Source of the DNA: Eledone cirrhosa
Lineage: Eukaryota
DNA: 64,000 nucleotides
Direction of reading: 5' to 3'
Assembly: GCA_964016885.1 (NCBI GenBank)
Contig: OZ024745.1
Location: 102,982,001-103,046,000, forward strand
Below are positions 37,611 to 49,420 of this stretch, piece by piece (the first letter of the stretch is position 1; each line of letters begins with the position of its first letter). A program made the translations under genes and the position numbers. Under the pieces are notes generated by a model. The model did no database searches. It had not been told where the DNA came from and was given only the letters and a program-made list of their open reading frames with translations.

Positions 37611-38397
37611 TTGGAATTTTGGTTATAATTTATTTATTTGGCTGAAATGATTTTGATTAAATTTGCTAGCTAAAATAGGTTTGGCAAAGAATTAGTGAAT
37701 TGTCTTTAAAAATCGATGGGGAATTTTTTTTCTTTTCTTTTTCTTTTTTTTTTTTCTCTTTTACTTTGAACACTTAAAGTCAATGCCCTCATGAAATGAA
37801 AACAGTATCTACTCTGAACTAGATATGATCTTCTTTGATCTTTGTATTTTTTTTGTGTATCATATAAATTTGTTATCACACTTTATGCATGAAAGGCAAG
37901 CAATTGAAATTTTTTGGAAATTGCCTACTGGGTTATTAAAGATAAAGATCCAAAGAGACAACCCAACAATCAAACAAACAAACGAAAAGACTGGTTTTGT
38001 GACTTCATTGGTGTTAATAAACTTCATATTCAGAAAGATATTAATTAATTATTTCCTATATCATAAGTATATGGAAAATAATGCCAGCATCAATAAACAT
38101 GAACAGATAAACTCTCTCATTCTCTCTGACTCTCTCTCTCTCTCTACCTCTCACACTCTCTCTCTGTCTTCCTGTCTCTCTTTCTCTCTCTCTCTGTCTT
38201 TGTTTCCCTCTCTCTATCTCTCTGTCTCTCTCTCTCTCCCTCTCTCCTTGTCTCTCTCTTGCACTCAACATATAAATGCACTTATGCAGAAGCACACATT
38301 CACATACACATATGTATGTAATATAAGCACACGCGCGCAGATAAGTGCATGTATATGTGTGCATGTTTATGTATATATGTATGTATGATGATGATGA

Positions 38398-38680
38398 AGC
38401 TACATGGCTTAGTGGTTAGATGTTTGGCTCACAGTCATAAGTTCATGAGTTCAATTCCTAACAGTGAGTTGTCTTCTTGAACAAATCACTTTATTTCATG
38501 TTGCTCCAGTTCACTCAGCTGGCAATTCAAAGGGCTAGCTAGTCTTGTAACACACTGTGTAAGATTAAATCTCCTTGAGAACTACATTAACAGTTTATAC
38601 GTCTGTGGAATACTCAGCCACTTGCACATTAACTTCATGAGCAGGCTGTTCCATTACTTGAATAGCTGAAACACTCCTAA
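38398..38680 (+). mobile_element. Older CORE-like SINE
   Basis: TGGCTTAGTGG and GAGTTCAATTCC boxes; CTTGAACAAATCACTT core. Confidence 0.75.
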
Positions 38681-38849
38681 AAACTGACAAAGATCTAACA
38701 CACTATATACACACAGATTCACACGCACACACTGACACACAAACACACACACATCATTTTTGCCAACAATTGTACAAAGATTCACTGTTTAAGAATATTT
38801 TGGAAATTGTTATTTTCCCAGATATTGTGATCATCTATAGCTTAAGGAG

Positions 38850-39790
38850 GTTAGAGTTAGGTTATTTCTCCAAATATCCCACCTCAGCCATACTTTGATC
38901 CAGGCAACTTGATATATATCCCTTTCGCTTCACTATTATAATAGGTGTGAAGCAGAAAGTGTATTTTTGCTTTTTGATTTGCAGATTCCCTTATCAATTT
39001 TTTATGTATGCTTTCTTTCTTCTGTATTTTTCTGACCCCACTAATGGCAAGTGAACAGTTGACTTCTACAAAAGAACAAGTTTTTATCGGGGAAGCAGGG
39101 GTGATCACACAACGCTATTAAGTCCAATGTATTTTAATTTACTTGATCTTTTTTATATTTAGATACCACCAATATTCTTTCAATCCATTAGTTCTAACAC
39201 ATCTATATTTCTTTCTTATTCTATTCCATATTGCTCTACCTACCATATCATACCTTAATGGAAAACATTCTCTCACAATTGGTATTGATGTGACTAATGT
39301 CTTCAGTTTTTCTCTTGTATAGTTCACATATGTTGTCAGGTGAAGCTTTTTTGTATCTTATTTTCAAGGTTCTTGAGAGGTATGTCTTGCTAATTGATTA
39401 GAACCTTGTTTTTGTTGTTATTATTCTGTCTATGGTATATGCTTTTTGGTTTCAGGCATCCATGTACAACCTTCTTAGTGAACTTGTCTTTGTTTTGTTT
39501 TTTGTTCTGTTAGGTTCAATTTTCAAATTGGTTTCTTGGGAGAGATATCAGTGCCAGCCTATACCTTATGTTTCTTTTTAGAGCTATTACCATTGAAGTC
39601 ATTATTGTAATGAGTCTCATTTCCAGTTGATAATCTGTTTCAGTTGTTAAGGTGTTCTATTTGTGAATATTTCATAGTCAGTAAATATCAAACATTCAGA
39701 ATATAACCTAAACATTTAGGTTCAGATTACATTTATGGTATTTTGTTGTCTTTCTCTATATACAACAATAAATATTTTAAAGCTTCTCTA
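38850..39790 (-). mobile_element. Degraded RLE-type (R4-like) LINE fragment
   Basis: PLRYDMVGRAIW..EYWWYLNI, then KTCSFVEVNCSL...KKE (RHD and D/E-x-K-like segments). Confidence 0.55.
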
Positions 39791-40770
39791 TTTCACCCTA
39801 TCATCTATACTGTCTCGCCATCACCAACCTCAAGGTTTTCATTTCCTTCCCCATTTTCTCTAGCCATGTCTTTCTTGATATTCCCTTTGCTCTACTCTCT
39901 TCCACATTCAGTGATACAATCTGTTTATATTTGATAATCTGTTTAGCTTTTGTTAATTGTTTGTTATTCACCGGATCCTTCAGTCTCACTATAAAAAACA
40001 AATATTTCGGTTCAGATTGCATAAAAACTCTATATTAAGGTCAGAACTTCACTTCATATTATGGTTATATTCATGATTAGAGTGAAGAAAACATACTCTT
40101 AGCCATGATGGTTTTGTCTGTTTACTCATCATCATCATCAGAAGCAGCATTTTGATGTCTGCTTTTTCATGGGTTAGATTAAACCTTTGCTGCACAGCAT
40201 TCTCTGCTTTTCTCTTTTCTTTGTCATCTTCTTTGTAAAATTGAGGCTCCTCAGGCCCACTGTCACCAACTCTGCCCTTGTCTTGCTCAGCAATATCTTC
40301 CTTTAAAATGAAATGATGCAAGCAACTGAAATCTAAACCACAAACCTATTGCTTGCCAGACGACAGTTTTAATAGTTACACCTATGGTGTTATCTAAAAT
40401 TTAAACACATTTTTTATTCATGATTGGATATAATATTATTTACAGCTTGGAATTTCTTTCATGATAATTGTTTTCAATTCTACAATGATATCTCAGTGTG
40501 TATACTTAAACATATGGAGCATGGGGAAAGTTTTTGAGAAGTAATTACATATGACCGAATATTGTGCTGATCACTGTGATGGCCAGGTTTTACACACACA
40601 CACACGCATACACACACACATTCATGTATGTATGTATATATGTATGTATATATTTATGTGTATATGTATGTATGTATATATGTATGTATGTATGTATATA
40701 TGTATGTATGTGTATATATGTATGTATGTGTGTATGTATGTATGTGTGTATATATATATATATACATATA

Positions 40771-41155
40771 TCATCATCATCATTTTACGTCCGCTTTTCC
40801 CTGCTTGCACGGGTGGGACGGGAACTGATTCTGGCTTGATTTCTGCAGCTGGATGCCCTTCCTAACACCAACCTCATTTACAGTGAATGGTGGGTGCTTT
40901 TTTTCCATGGCGCCTACACGTCCACTTTACAGTGTGGGCTGGGTGCTTTTTTGCCGTGGCACCTCCACGACCACTTTGCAGTGGAATGATAGGAACCAGT
41001 CCCTATCATCTCATTTCTACAGCTGAGTAAACTGGAGCAATGTGAAATAAAGTGTCTTGCTCAAGGAAACAACACATCACCCGGTCTGAGAATTGAACTC
41101 ACAACCTTTCGATTGCAAGGCCAATGCTCTAACCACAAAACCAAGTGCCTCCATA
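40771..41155 (-). mobile_element. Full-length CORE-like SINE with chimeric RTE tail (sister copy 52576-52964)
   Basis: Reverse complement of the 9782 SINE plus a complete tail and (GAT)n. Confidence 0.93.
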
Positions 41156-41163
41156 TATAGATA

Positions 41164-41196
<33 letters not shown>

Positions 41197-41199
41197 GTA

Positions 41200-41650
41200 A
41201 TGACGAAACATAAGTCAATTCCATGAACTCATAATCCTTTATTTACTGCTATATATATTTCGATGATAGCCATTGAATGGCTATGACCTCATCAGGCAGT
41301 TAGTCAGTACTTAAATATGCCAGCTCTGTGTTTATAGTGTTGATGGTATCAGAACCTTGGGACATATGAGCTTGTTAGGAATAATTTAATGTTGTCAGCA
41401 GGAATAGTCCTGATTCTCATTGGTCAGTTTGTAGATGGTAGTAGGGTTGGTATTTGACCTCAAAGAGGCAGGTGGTTTTGTAAAGTTCAAACCATCAGGC
41501 AAGATGACAATAGTTCCATATGACTGATTTTCACAAAAGGCATTCCTGGTCAATTAAGGTTAATAGTATGAAATAGATACTACAGGTCATTCTTAAATTG
41601 AGGAATTTATGTGGAGTGGTGCTACTGACATTTATGGTTGGAGTAGAAAA
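41200..41650 (-). mobile_element. Penelope-like element 3' end
   Basis: GTIVILPDGLN (GIY-YIG C-terminal P.GLN motif) upstream of the hammerhead. Confidence 0.65.
41245..41300 (-). ncRNA. Minimal type I hammerhead ribozyme, intact core
   Basis: ACUGC-CUGAUGA-GGUCAUAGCCAU-UCA-AUGGCUAUCAUC-GAAA-UAUAUA-UA-GCAGU, then AATAAA. Confidence 0.88.
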
Positions 41651-42184
41651 TTTACAAATAAAGAGACTTATGTAGGTTGGCTTGCACTACACTCACACCC
41701 ACCTCCACAGACACACACACATCCACACATACAAAATATAGGGTGGTAATACTTAATATAATGGTTAGAGTCCAATACTTAGATAGTTTAGAAAATTTAG
41801 AAATAAAAGGTTTATGCTGGTTGACTTGTACATACACTCACACCTACCCCCTCAGACACTCACACATCTACACACACAAATCCATACAGGTGTGCATATA
41901 TATATATATATATATGCATGTATGTACGCACAAGTATACATATATATATATAAAATATATATATATATACACAGAACATACACATATATAAAATATATAC
42001 ATATAAAAATATAGAAAATATATATACATAAAATACACACATACACAAAATATATACACACATAAAACATACATACATATATATATATAAAATATATACA
42101 TATATATACATACATATATATAAAATATACATATACACATACAAAATATACATATATATACACATGATACATATATATATATAA

Positions 42185-42616
42185 AATCAGGTTCAATAAA
42201 ACGTGGTTTAGATGACTCCTAACCAGTAGAGGATCCGGTGGACCATCCACCATAGGGACCACAAACTATGGGTGGTTGTTGGTCATTGGTACGGGGTGCA
42301 GGGGACCTACAGGGGGGGGGGCGTTGTGGGAGGCCGTAACCGGGGTTTATCCATATAGCTTGAGGAAACTTCCCGTCCTTAGGTGTCTGCAGGCACCGAA
42401 TAAGTCGGCCCTTTTGTTTAATAGCTTGGTTCCGGCATGAAGAATCTCGAGTGTCTCACTAAGACAGAGGTTGCAAATACCAGACCCGCCTCTGTCTTGG
42501 GGAACCTTTCTAACCACGGACCAGAGCAGAGAGTGCGGGGTCTTTTCAAGTTTGAGCTTCCAGATTAATTCGGAAAGGGCCGCACGTTTCCTCTTATCTA
42601 TTCTGTTAAAACACGT
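42185..42616 (-). mobile_element. Penelope-like GIY-YIG C-terminal fragment
   Basis: ALSELIWKLK...WSVV...CNLCLSETLEI....LLNKRADLFGACRH. Confidence 0.85.
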
Positions 42617-42656
42617 ATATATATGTATATATATATATATATGTGTATATATATAT

Positions 42657-43684
42657 ATCATTTTACGTCCGCTTTTCCCTGCTTGCAAGGGTGGGACGGG
42701 TCTTATTCAGCACAGCATCTCTCCACTTGTCACGGTCCTTCGTCATCTCCACCGTGAGCTTCAATGATCTGAAGTCTGTTCTCACCACCTCCGCCAATGT
42801 TTTTCGTGGTCTACTCTACCACGTCTTCCTTCAACTGGCATTTCCTGGCACTTCTTCACCCATCGGTCATCCTCCATGCGCATCACATGTCCATACCACC
42901 TCAGTCTCCTCTCCCGTACACTACATTCTATCCCTCTCAGACACAGTTTCTCTCTCAACACATTTATGCTGGGTCGTTCACGCACATTTACACTGCACAT
43001 CCAAAGAAGCATGCTTGCCTCATTTCTCTCCAGCCATCGCATATCCTCTGCAGTTGTTGCCCATGTCGCACTACCATGCAGCATCGCGCTCCTCACACAG
43101 GCATCATACAACCAGCCTTTCGTACGCAGGGAGAAACCCTTCTTCGTTAACAGAGGAAGCAGCTCCCTAAACTTCTTCCAACCCGTCCTTATTCTAGATA
43201 CTATGGCCTCGGAACACCCTCCTCCCATGCTAATCTGATCTCCTAGGTACCGGAAGCTATCCACCACTTCTATAGCGCCCTCCTGCATTTGAAAAATGTG
43301 TCTATCAATGCGACTTCTACTGTCTAATTTCCCTGTACATCTACTGCATACATATTTCTCCCTACCTGTTAGTTTGCCTGCTATCCCGCTACATCTTGTG
43401 TACCCAGGATCTGCATTGTGTGCATTTTATAGAATTTATGCCAGTTCCTTTTCTGCATATCGAACATGGCCATTTCCCTGATGGAATCAGGGTTTTGTCC
43501 TCTTTTCTACTCAACACTTTTGTCTTAGCTAGGTTCACTGTCAGTCCTCTTGCTTCCAACTGCTGTTTCCATAGCCAGAATGTATTCTCTAGCTCTTCTA
43601 CTGATTCTGCTATAAGAACCAGATCGTCAGCATAGAGAAGTTCCCATGGACAGCCAGTCTTAAACTCCTCTGTTATGGCTTGGA
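42657..43684 (-). mobile_element. 5'-truncated RTE copy (subfamily B)
   Basis: ORF 42782-43288; highly similar to 11604-12620. Confidence 0.95.
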
Positions 43685-43709
43685 TATATATATGTGTATA
43701 TATATATAT

Positions 43710-43810
<101 letters not shown>

Positions 43811-43895
43811 GTAATAATAATAAATTTGAAGACTAAAATACAAAGAGGGCTCGATAAGGATAAATATATATCAAATATGTAAGAACCTAGAGCGA

Positions 43896-44012
43896 ATATT
43901 TATTAAAATAACAGATTAAAGTTTAAGCAAAAATCGCCGCTTTCACCCTTAACGTTAAGGGTGAAAGCAGCGATTCTTTGATTAAACTTTAATCTGTTAT
44001 TTTAATAAATAT
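43896..44012. repeat. Spacer-less palindrome with arms of about 58 bp, within a TA tract
   Basis: Centre CCCTTAAC|GTTAAGGG. Confidence 0.92.
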
Positions 44013-44031
44013 ATATATATATTTATATATA

Positions 44032-44064
<33 letters not shown>

Positions 44065-44066
<2 letters not shown>

Positions 44067-44203
44067 CGAAGGAAATGTGGTAAGAAACCAGGTGGACCAT
44101 AACGCACCAAAGTATTCAATACTTAGGGTAGTAGAGTGGGTAATAGGAACAAGTAAGACTCCGACGGCTTGAGCTCAGCCGTCGGGGTCTTACTTGTTCC
44201 TAT
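44065..44203. mobile_element. Short repeat ending in a 27-bp hairpin (homolog 9440-9541)
   Basis: Shared ACCAGGTGGACCATAACGCACCA...GTAGAGTGGGTAAT; hairpin at 44143-44203. Confidence 0.75.
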
Positions 44204-44220
44204 ATATATATATATATATA

Positions 44221-44344
44221 GTATGCTACTTGAAAGTCAAAAAGCCGATCCACCCCTTCACCCTCCTGCTTCTCCACGAGGGGGCTGCGGTCAGCCACTA
44301 TCTCCCCCCCCCTCTCTTTCTTCCCCTCTATCTCTCGCTTAGCT

Positions 44345-44379
<35 letters not shown>

Positions 44380-47300
44380 AGATAAGTTTTCCTTCATGTT
44401 TATCCACTTTGCTTCAATTATTTCTATGATGGACTCATGTAAACCGTAAAGTACAATCCTTCTCTCCATTTCCACGCTCAATTCCGTACACAGTCCAAAC
44501 AAACATCCAATCTCGCAAAATCCGAAATCTGTATTTTTTTGTTATCTATTTAAGGTTTAAATACGGTGTTTTTGTCGTATTGAACAGAACAAATCTTGCA
44601 GTTTTGCTTTTTGTTAAATCGCTTGTTAAACATTCATAACCTTCCAGCTAGCTACCCCACACCCCTCCCTCCCGCCCCCACACGCCACCATACTTAATAC
44701 GTGGACCAATCATAAGCCAGAGCCCCCCCCCCCCCCCCCCCCCGCATCACCACCATTATTATAAGCCAGAGCCACCCACCCCCACCCCCACGCATCACCA
44801 TTATTATTATTACGCGGACCAAATCATAAGCCAGAGGCCTATACTATCGCTTGCCCGGTTGCCTTCGATATATGATGGATGGATGGATGGATGGATGGAC
44901 GGACGGACTGCGGAATCCTTGGAGAGTGGAAGGGAGAGAAAAATCTGGACGCCCAGAGCGAAAATGCCAATGCTAAAGTCAAATTCACCTCGTGGACGAG
45001 AATGCGAGCACTCTTCTTTGTTTCGCCCGCGGTTGGCTAACATAACCCCATCTCCCCCCGCCCCACACCACCCCCACCCTCCAAACGCGATCCAAAACTT
45101 CAGAGTTGGTACCATAAATGTAGGCACCCTAAAGGGTCGCGCTAACGAGGTTGTAGAAATGCTTGAACGTAAGGAGGTCGATGTTTGTTGTATTCAAGAG
45201 ACCAGGTGGAGGGGTGGGTCTGCTAGATTCATTGAGGGTAAAAAACGATGTTATAAGCTTTTCTGGGTGGGAAACGACGATGGGCTGGGTGGAGTAGGAA
45301 TCATGGTAGCAGAAAAGTGGGCAGATAAGATAATAGACGTAAATAGAGTGAACGACAGAATAATTAAAATAAGACTTGTCCTCAATAGAACTACGGTGAC
45401 AGTAATATCTGCGTACGCACCCCAATCCGGACTGCCCGGCACTATAAAAGACAGATTCTATGAGACACTGTTGCTAACTACCTCCCAAATATCTGACAGT
45501 GACTATATAATTATTGCAGGCGACCTAAATGGTCACGTTGGACAACATTGTGACGGCTATGACGAAATCCATGGAGGCTATGGGTTTGGTACTAGAAATG
45601 AGGAAGGCTCCAGAATTCTGGAATACTGTGATGCAAATAACCTAACTATCTGTAACACTAACTTCAAAAAACGTGACAATCACCTGATTACCTATAGATC
45701 CGGGGAACACACAAGCCAGGTAGATTATATCCTTACCAGAAGACGTGACAGAGTGTCTGTTGTAAACACTAAATCCCTCCCCCATGAAGAATGCACCTCC
45801 CAACATAGACTGATAATTAGCGACCTCATAGTCAGGACGAGACGCACCCGACAGCAGAAGAGGACTATCCTCAGGAGGAAAATATGGAAACTAAAAGACC
45901 CCACAGCCAGAAATAAATTTCAAAGCATATTACTTGATGCTTTCGACAGTAAGGAAGAGCATCTAGAATCGGACAATATAGAGGGACAGTGGAAATTTCT
46001 GAAAGCTAACCTGCTGTCGGCGACAGACGAAGTCTGTGGCTGGAGCAGGCCTGTAGGCAGGAGGAGAGTAACATGGTGGTGGAACAGTAAGGTGGAGGGG
46101 TCAATTAAGGCCAAAAAGCAGGCTTGGAAAGTATGGCGGGATGGGGGAAGTAGAGTAGACTATCAAGTGGCCAGGAGGGAAGCTAGGAGAGAAGTGTACT
46201 TAGCAAGAAGGGAAGCTGAGGAAAGAAAGTTCAAGCATGTTCTACAACGCGATGACCAAAAACGTGAGGTGTTCAGGATTGCCAGGCAATGCGTCAAGGA
46301 AAACCGTGATATTGTCGGGGAGAAGTGTGTACTTAACGATGATGGCATACTTGCCATCACCGACACTGATAAGAAGGTAGCTTGGAAGTGTCACTATGAA
46401 AGGCTACTAAATGAGGAGAATAAATGGGAGAAAGACAGTCTCCCCCATATCGACCCGATAGAGGGACCAGCAGTGTTAGTCGAGGGGAGTATAATAAGTA
46501 AGGCAATCAAGGATATGAAGACTGGTAAGGCGGCTGGGCCTTCGGAAATAGTTGCTGAGATGCTGAAGGCATCTGGCACGGTGGGACACACCATGGTCAC
46601 CCGCATAGTTAACCAAGTCGTACAGAATGGGGTTGTTCCGAAGGACTGGCATAGCAGCATCATCGTTAACTGTTATAAGGGTAAAGGAGACGCCCTAGAT
46701 AGGAGTAACTATAGAGGCATTAAATTAATCGACCAGGTCATGAAGGTCACGGAAAAAGTAATAGCGCAACTAATCAGAGAGAGAATTGATCTAGATGAAA
46801 TGCAGTTCGGGTTTGTGTCAGGCAAAAGCACCACAGACGCTCTTTTCATAGTACGACAACTACAGGAGAAGTACCTAGCTAAAGGTAAACCCCTCTACTT
46901 AGCTTTTGTCGACCTGGAGAAAGCCTTCGACAGAGTCCCCCGCTCCATTATCTGGTGGGCTCTTAGAAAACTAGGCGTTGACGAATGGCTTGTGAGGGCT
47001 ATACAAGCCATGTATAAAGAAACAGTCAGCAAGGTTAGAATTAACAACGAATATAGTGAAGAGTTTAGCGTAAAAGTTGGCGTCCATCAGGGCTCTGTTC
47101 TCAGCCCCCTACTATTTATTATTGCCCTTCAGGCTATAACAGAGGAGTTCAAGACAGGCTGCCCATGGGAACTCCTATACGCAGACGACCTGACACTCAT
47201 AGCGGAATCAATGGCCGAGCTAGAGAAGAAATTCCAAACATGGAAGCACGGCCTAGAGTCAAAAGGACTTAAAATTAACCTGGCTAAGACCAAAGTTCTA

Positions 47301-48504
47301 GTTTGTAGGAAAGAAAACAAGGCGGCGGTCCCTTCTGGGAAATGGTCGTGCTCGGTATGTAGGAAAGGCGTAGGTAGAAACTCCATCTTATGTCCTAAAT
47401 GCAAAGTATGGGTGCATAAAAGATGTAGTGGGATCACAGGTAAGCTAACTAAGAACATAGACTTTACATGTGGCCGGTGTTCTGGTGCAATAAGTAGCAG
47501 CAAGTGCCCACAAAATACTAGCTCTTTCAATTGCGCAGAGGGTTTTATAGAAATAGTGGACAGCTTCCGTTACCTGGGCGATAAAATCAGCAGTGGGGGA
47601 GGGTGCTCTGAAAGTACTGTAGCTAGAGTCAGAACTGGTTGGAAAAAGTTCAGAGAGCTTATACCACTATTAGCTGCTAAAGGGTTCTCCCTAAAAATGA
47701 AAGGCAGGTTGTACGATGCCTGCATACGAACAGCAATGTTGCATGGTAGTGAGACCTGGGCATTGTGTGCAGAGGATATACGCAGACTAGAGAGGAACGA
47801 AGCTTGCATGCTCCGCTGGATGTGTAACAGTAATATACGTGAACGGCAAAGCATAAACGAACTAAGGAAAAAATTAGAGATAAGAGGGATCAGATGTTGT
47901 TTACTCGAGAGAAGGCTGCGTTGGTATGGACACGTGATGCGCATGAAAGTCGATAGCTGTATTACAAAGTGCAGGGCAATAAAGATAGACGGTAGCCACG
48001 GAATAGGCAGACCTAGAAAAACATGGGATGAGCTGATAAACTCCGACCTCACACACTTACACCTCTCCAAGACAATGTCACTGGACCGTGACCTTTGGCG
48101 GTACTCAGTAACAGAGAAGACCCGCCTTGCCAGTAGGCATCTCTAACAAAATACACCCCTCCCGCCGCCACCCCCACCCCATCCACACCACCCCGTTCTA
48201 TGTAAAGTTATGTTGGTGCCGCGCCATCCAGGCCGAAACAAATGAGATCGTGTAGGTGTCACGACAAAAAAACACACAGTCCACGCTGTAATGTGGCCGT
48301 GTAGGCAACACGGTAAAAACCTCCCAGACCCACACTGTAAATGTGGTTGGTGTTAGGAAGGGCATCCAACTGTAGAAAACCTGCCAGACAGTCCTATGCG
48401 AGCAAGACAATCACTCTTGCCTCAAGTGGGACTACCCCCGTCCAAACCCATGCAAGCGTGGAACACGGACGTTAAACGTTGATGATGATGATGATGATGA
48501 TGAT
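44221..48504 (+). mobile_element. Full-length RTE LINE (5' boundary uncertain)
   Basis: CpG-retaining leader, intact ORF, 3'UTR, (GAT)8 tail at 48481-48504. Confidence 0.85.
44964..48146 (+). CDS. Intact RTE-clade LINE ORF: APE endonuclease, reverse transcriptase and PHD-like finger
   Basis: Frame open from 44859 (1095 aa), probable ATG at 44964; CIQET, GDLN, DYIL, YRGIKL, FVDLEKAFDRV, GVHQGSVLSP, YADD, CxxC..CxxC..HxxC..CxxC, FRYLG, GRPRKTW. Confidence 0.96.
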   Translation: MPMLKSNSPRGRECEHSSLFRPRLANITPSPPAPHHPHPPNAIQNFRVGTINVGTLKGRANEVVEMLERKEVDVCCIQETRWRGGSARFIEGKKRCYKLFWVGNDDGLGGVGIMVAEKWADKIIDVNRVNDRIIKIRLVLNRTTVTVISAYAPQSGLPGTIKDRFYETLLLTTSQISDSDYIIIAGDLNGHVGQHCDGYDEIHGGYGFGTRNEEGSRILEYCDANNLTICNTNFKKRDNHLITYRSGEHTSQVDYILTRRRDRVSVVNTKSLPHEECTSQHRLIISDLIVRTRRTRQQKRTILRRKIWKLKDPTARNKFQSILLDAFDSKEEHLESDNIEGQWKFLKANLLSATDEVCGWSRPVGRRRVTWWWNSKVEGSIKAKKQAWKVWRDGGSRVDYQVARREARREVYLARREAEERKFKHVLQRDDQKREVFRIARQCVKENRDIVGEKCVLNDDGILAITDTDKKVAWKCHYERLLNEENKWEKDSLPHIDPIEGPAVLVEGSIISKAIKDMKTGKAAGPSEIVAEMLKASGTVGHTMVTRIVNQVVQNGVVPKDWHSSIIVNCYKGKGDALDRSNYRGIKLIDQVMKVTEKVIAQLIRERIDLDEMQFGFVSGKSTTDALFIVRQLQEKYLAKGKPLYLAFVDLEKAFDRVPRSIIWWALRKLGVDEWLVRAIQAMYKETVSKVRINNEYSEEFSVKVGVHQGSVLSPLLFIIALQAITEEFKTGCPWELLYADDLTLIAESMAELEKKFQTWKHGLESKGLKINLAKTKVLVCRKENKAAVPSGKWSCSVCRKGVGRNSILCPKCKVWVHKRCSGITGKLTKNIDFTCGRCSGAISSSKCPQNTSSFNCAEGFIEIVDSFRYLGDKISSGGGCSESTVARVRTGWKKFRELIPLLAAKGFSLKMKGRLYDACIRTAMLHGSETWALCAEDIRRLERNEACMLRWMCNSNIRERQSINELRKKLEIRGIRCCLLERRLRWYGHVMRMKVDSCITKCRAIKIDGSHGIGRPRKTWDELINSDLTHLHLSKTMSLDRDLWRYSVTEKTRLASRHL

Positions 48505-48563
48505 ATCATAAAACATGTCCATAGAATCACTAGATAAAATATATACCGTTTCCTCTCCCAATT

Positions 48564-49217
48564 ATCATCATCATCATCATCAACGTTTAACGTCCGTGTT
48601 CCACGCTTGCATGGGTTTGGACGGGGGTTTCCCACTTGAGGCAAGAGTGATTATCTTGCTCGCATAGGACTATCTGGCGGGTTTTCTACAGCTGGATGCC
48701 CTTCCTAACACCAACCACATTTACAGTGTGGGGCTGGGAGGTTTTTACCGTGTTGCCTACACGGCCACATTACAGCGTGGACTGTGTGTTTTTTTGAGGT
48801 GACACCTACACGATCTCGTTTGTTTCGGGCTGGATGTTGTGGCACCAACATAACTTTACATTGAAAGGGGTGGTGTGGATGGGGTGGGGGTGGTGGGACG
48901 GGGGTGTATTTTGTTAGAGATGCCTACTGACTGTAGTAGGTTTTACTTTGTATTTAGGTAAGGCGGGTCTTTATTACTGAGTACCGCCAAAGGTCTCGGT
49001 CCAGTGACATTGTCTTGGTGAGGTGTAAGTGTGTGAGGTCGGAATTTATCAGCTCGTCCCAGGTTTTTCTGGGTCTGCCTATTCTGTGGCTACCGTCTAT
49101 CTTTATTGCCCTGCACTTTGTTATACAGCTATCGTCCTTCATGCGCATCACGTGACCATACCAACGTAGCCTTCTCTCGAGTAAACAACATCTGATCCCT
49201 CTTATTTCTAATTTTTT
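48564..49217 (-). mobile_element. 5'-truncated RTE copy, tail-to-tail with the intact element
   Basis: Reverse complement of about 47870-48504. Confidence 0.95.
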
Positions 49218-49420
49218 TATTATATATATATATATGTAAACCTTTATGGTCACACTAGAAGAGGAAGACCAAGGTTAACATATGTTGATGCCCTAAGGAC
49301 AGACACTGGTCTGTTGGAGATGCAGGATATGGCAGCGATAATGAGGGACAGAGACTGCTGGAGAGAACTCGTCCATGGATCTCGGGAATTTTACCCGCCT
49401 TAGATAGATATATATATGTA

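Noticed and set aside
44960-45040. HDV-like ribozyme at the RTE 5' end (also sought at the CRE 5' end, about 24.5 kb)
   Set aside because: I could not build the nested double pseudoknot by eye; needs a descriptor search
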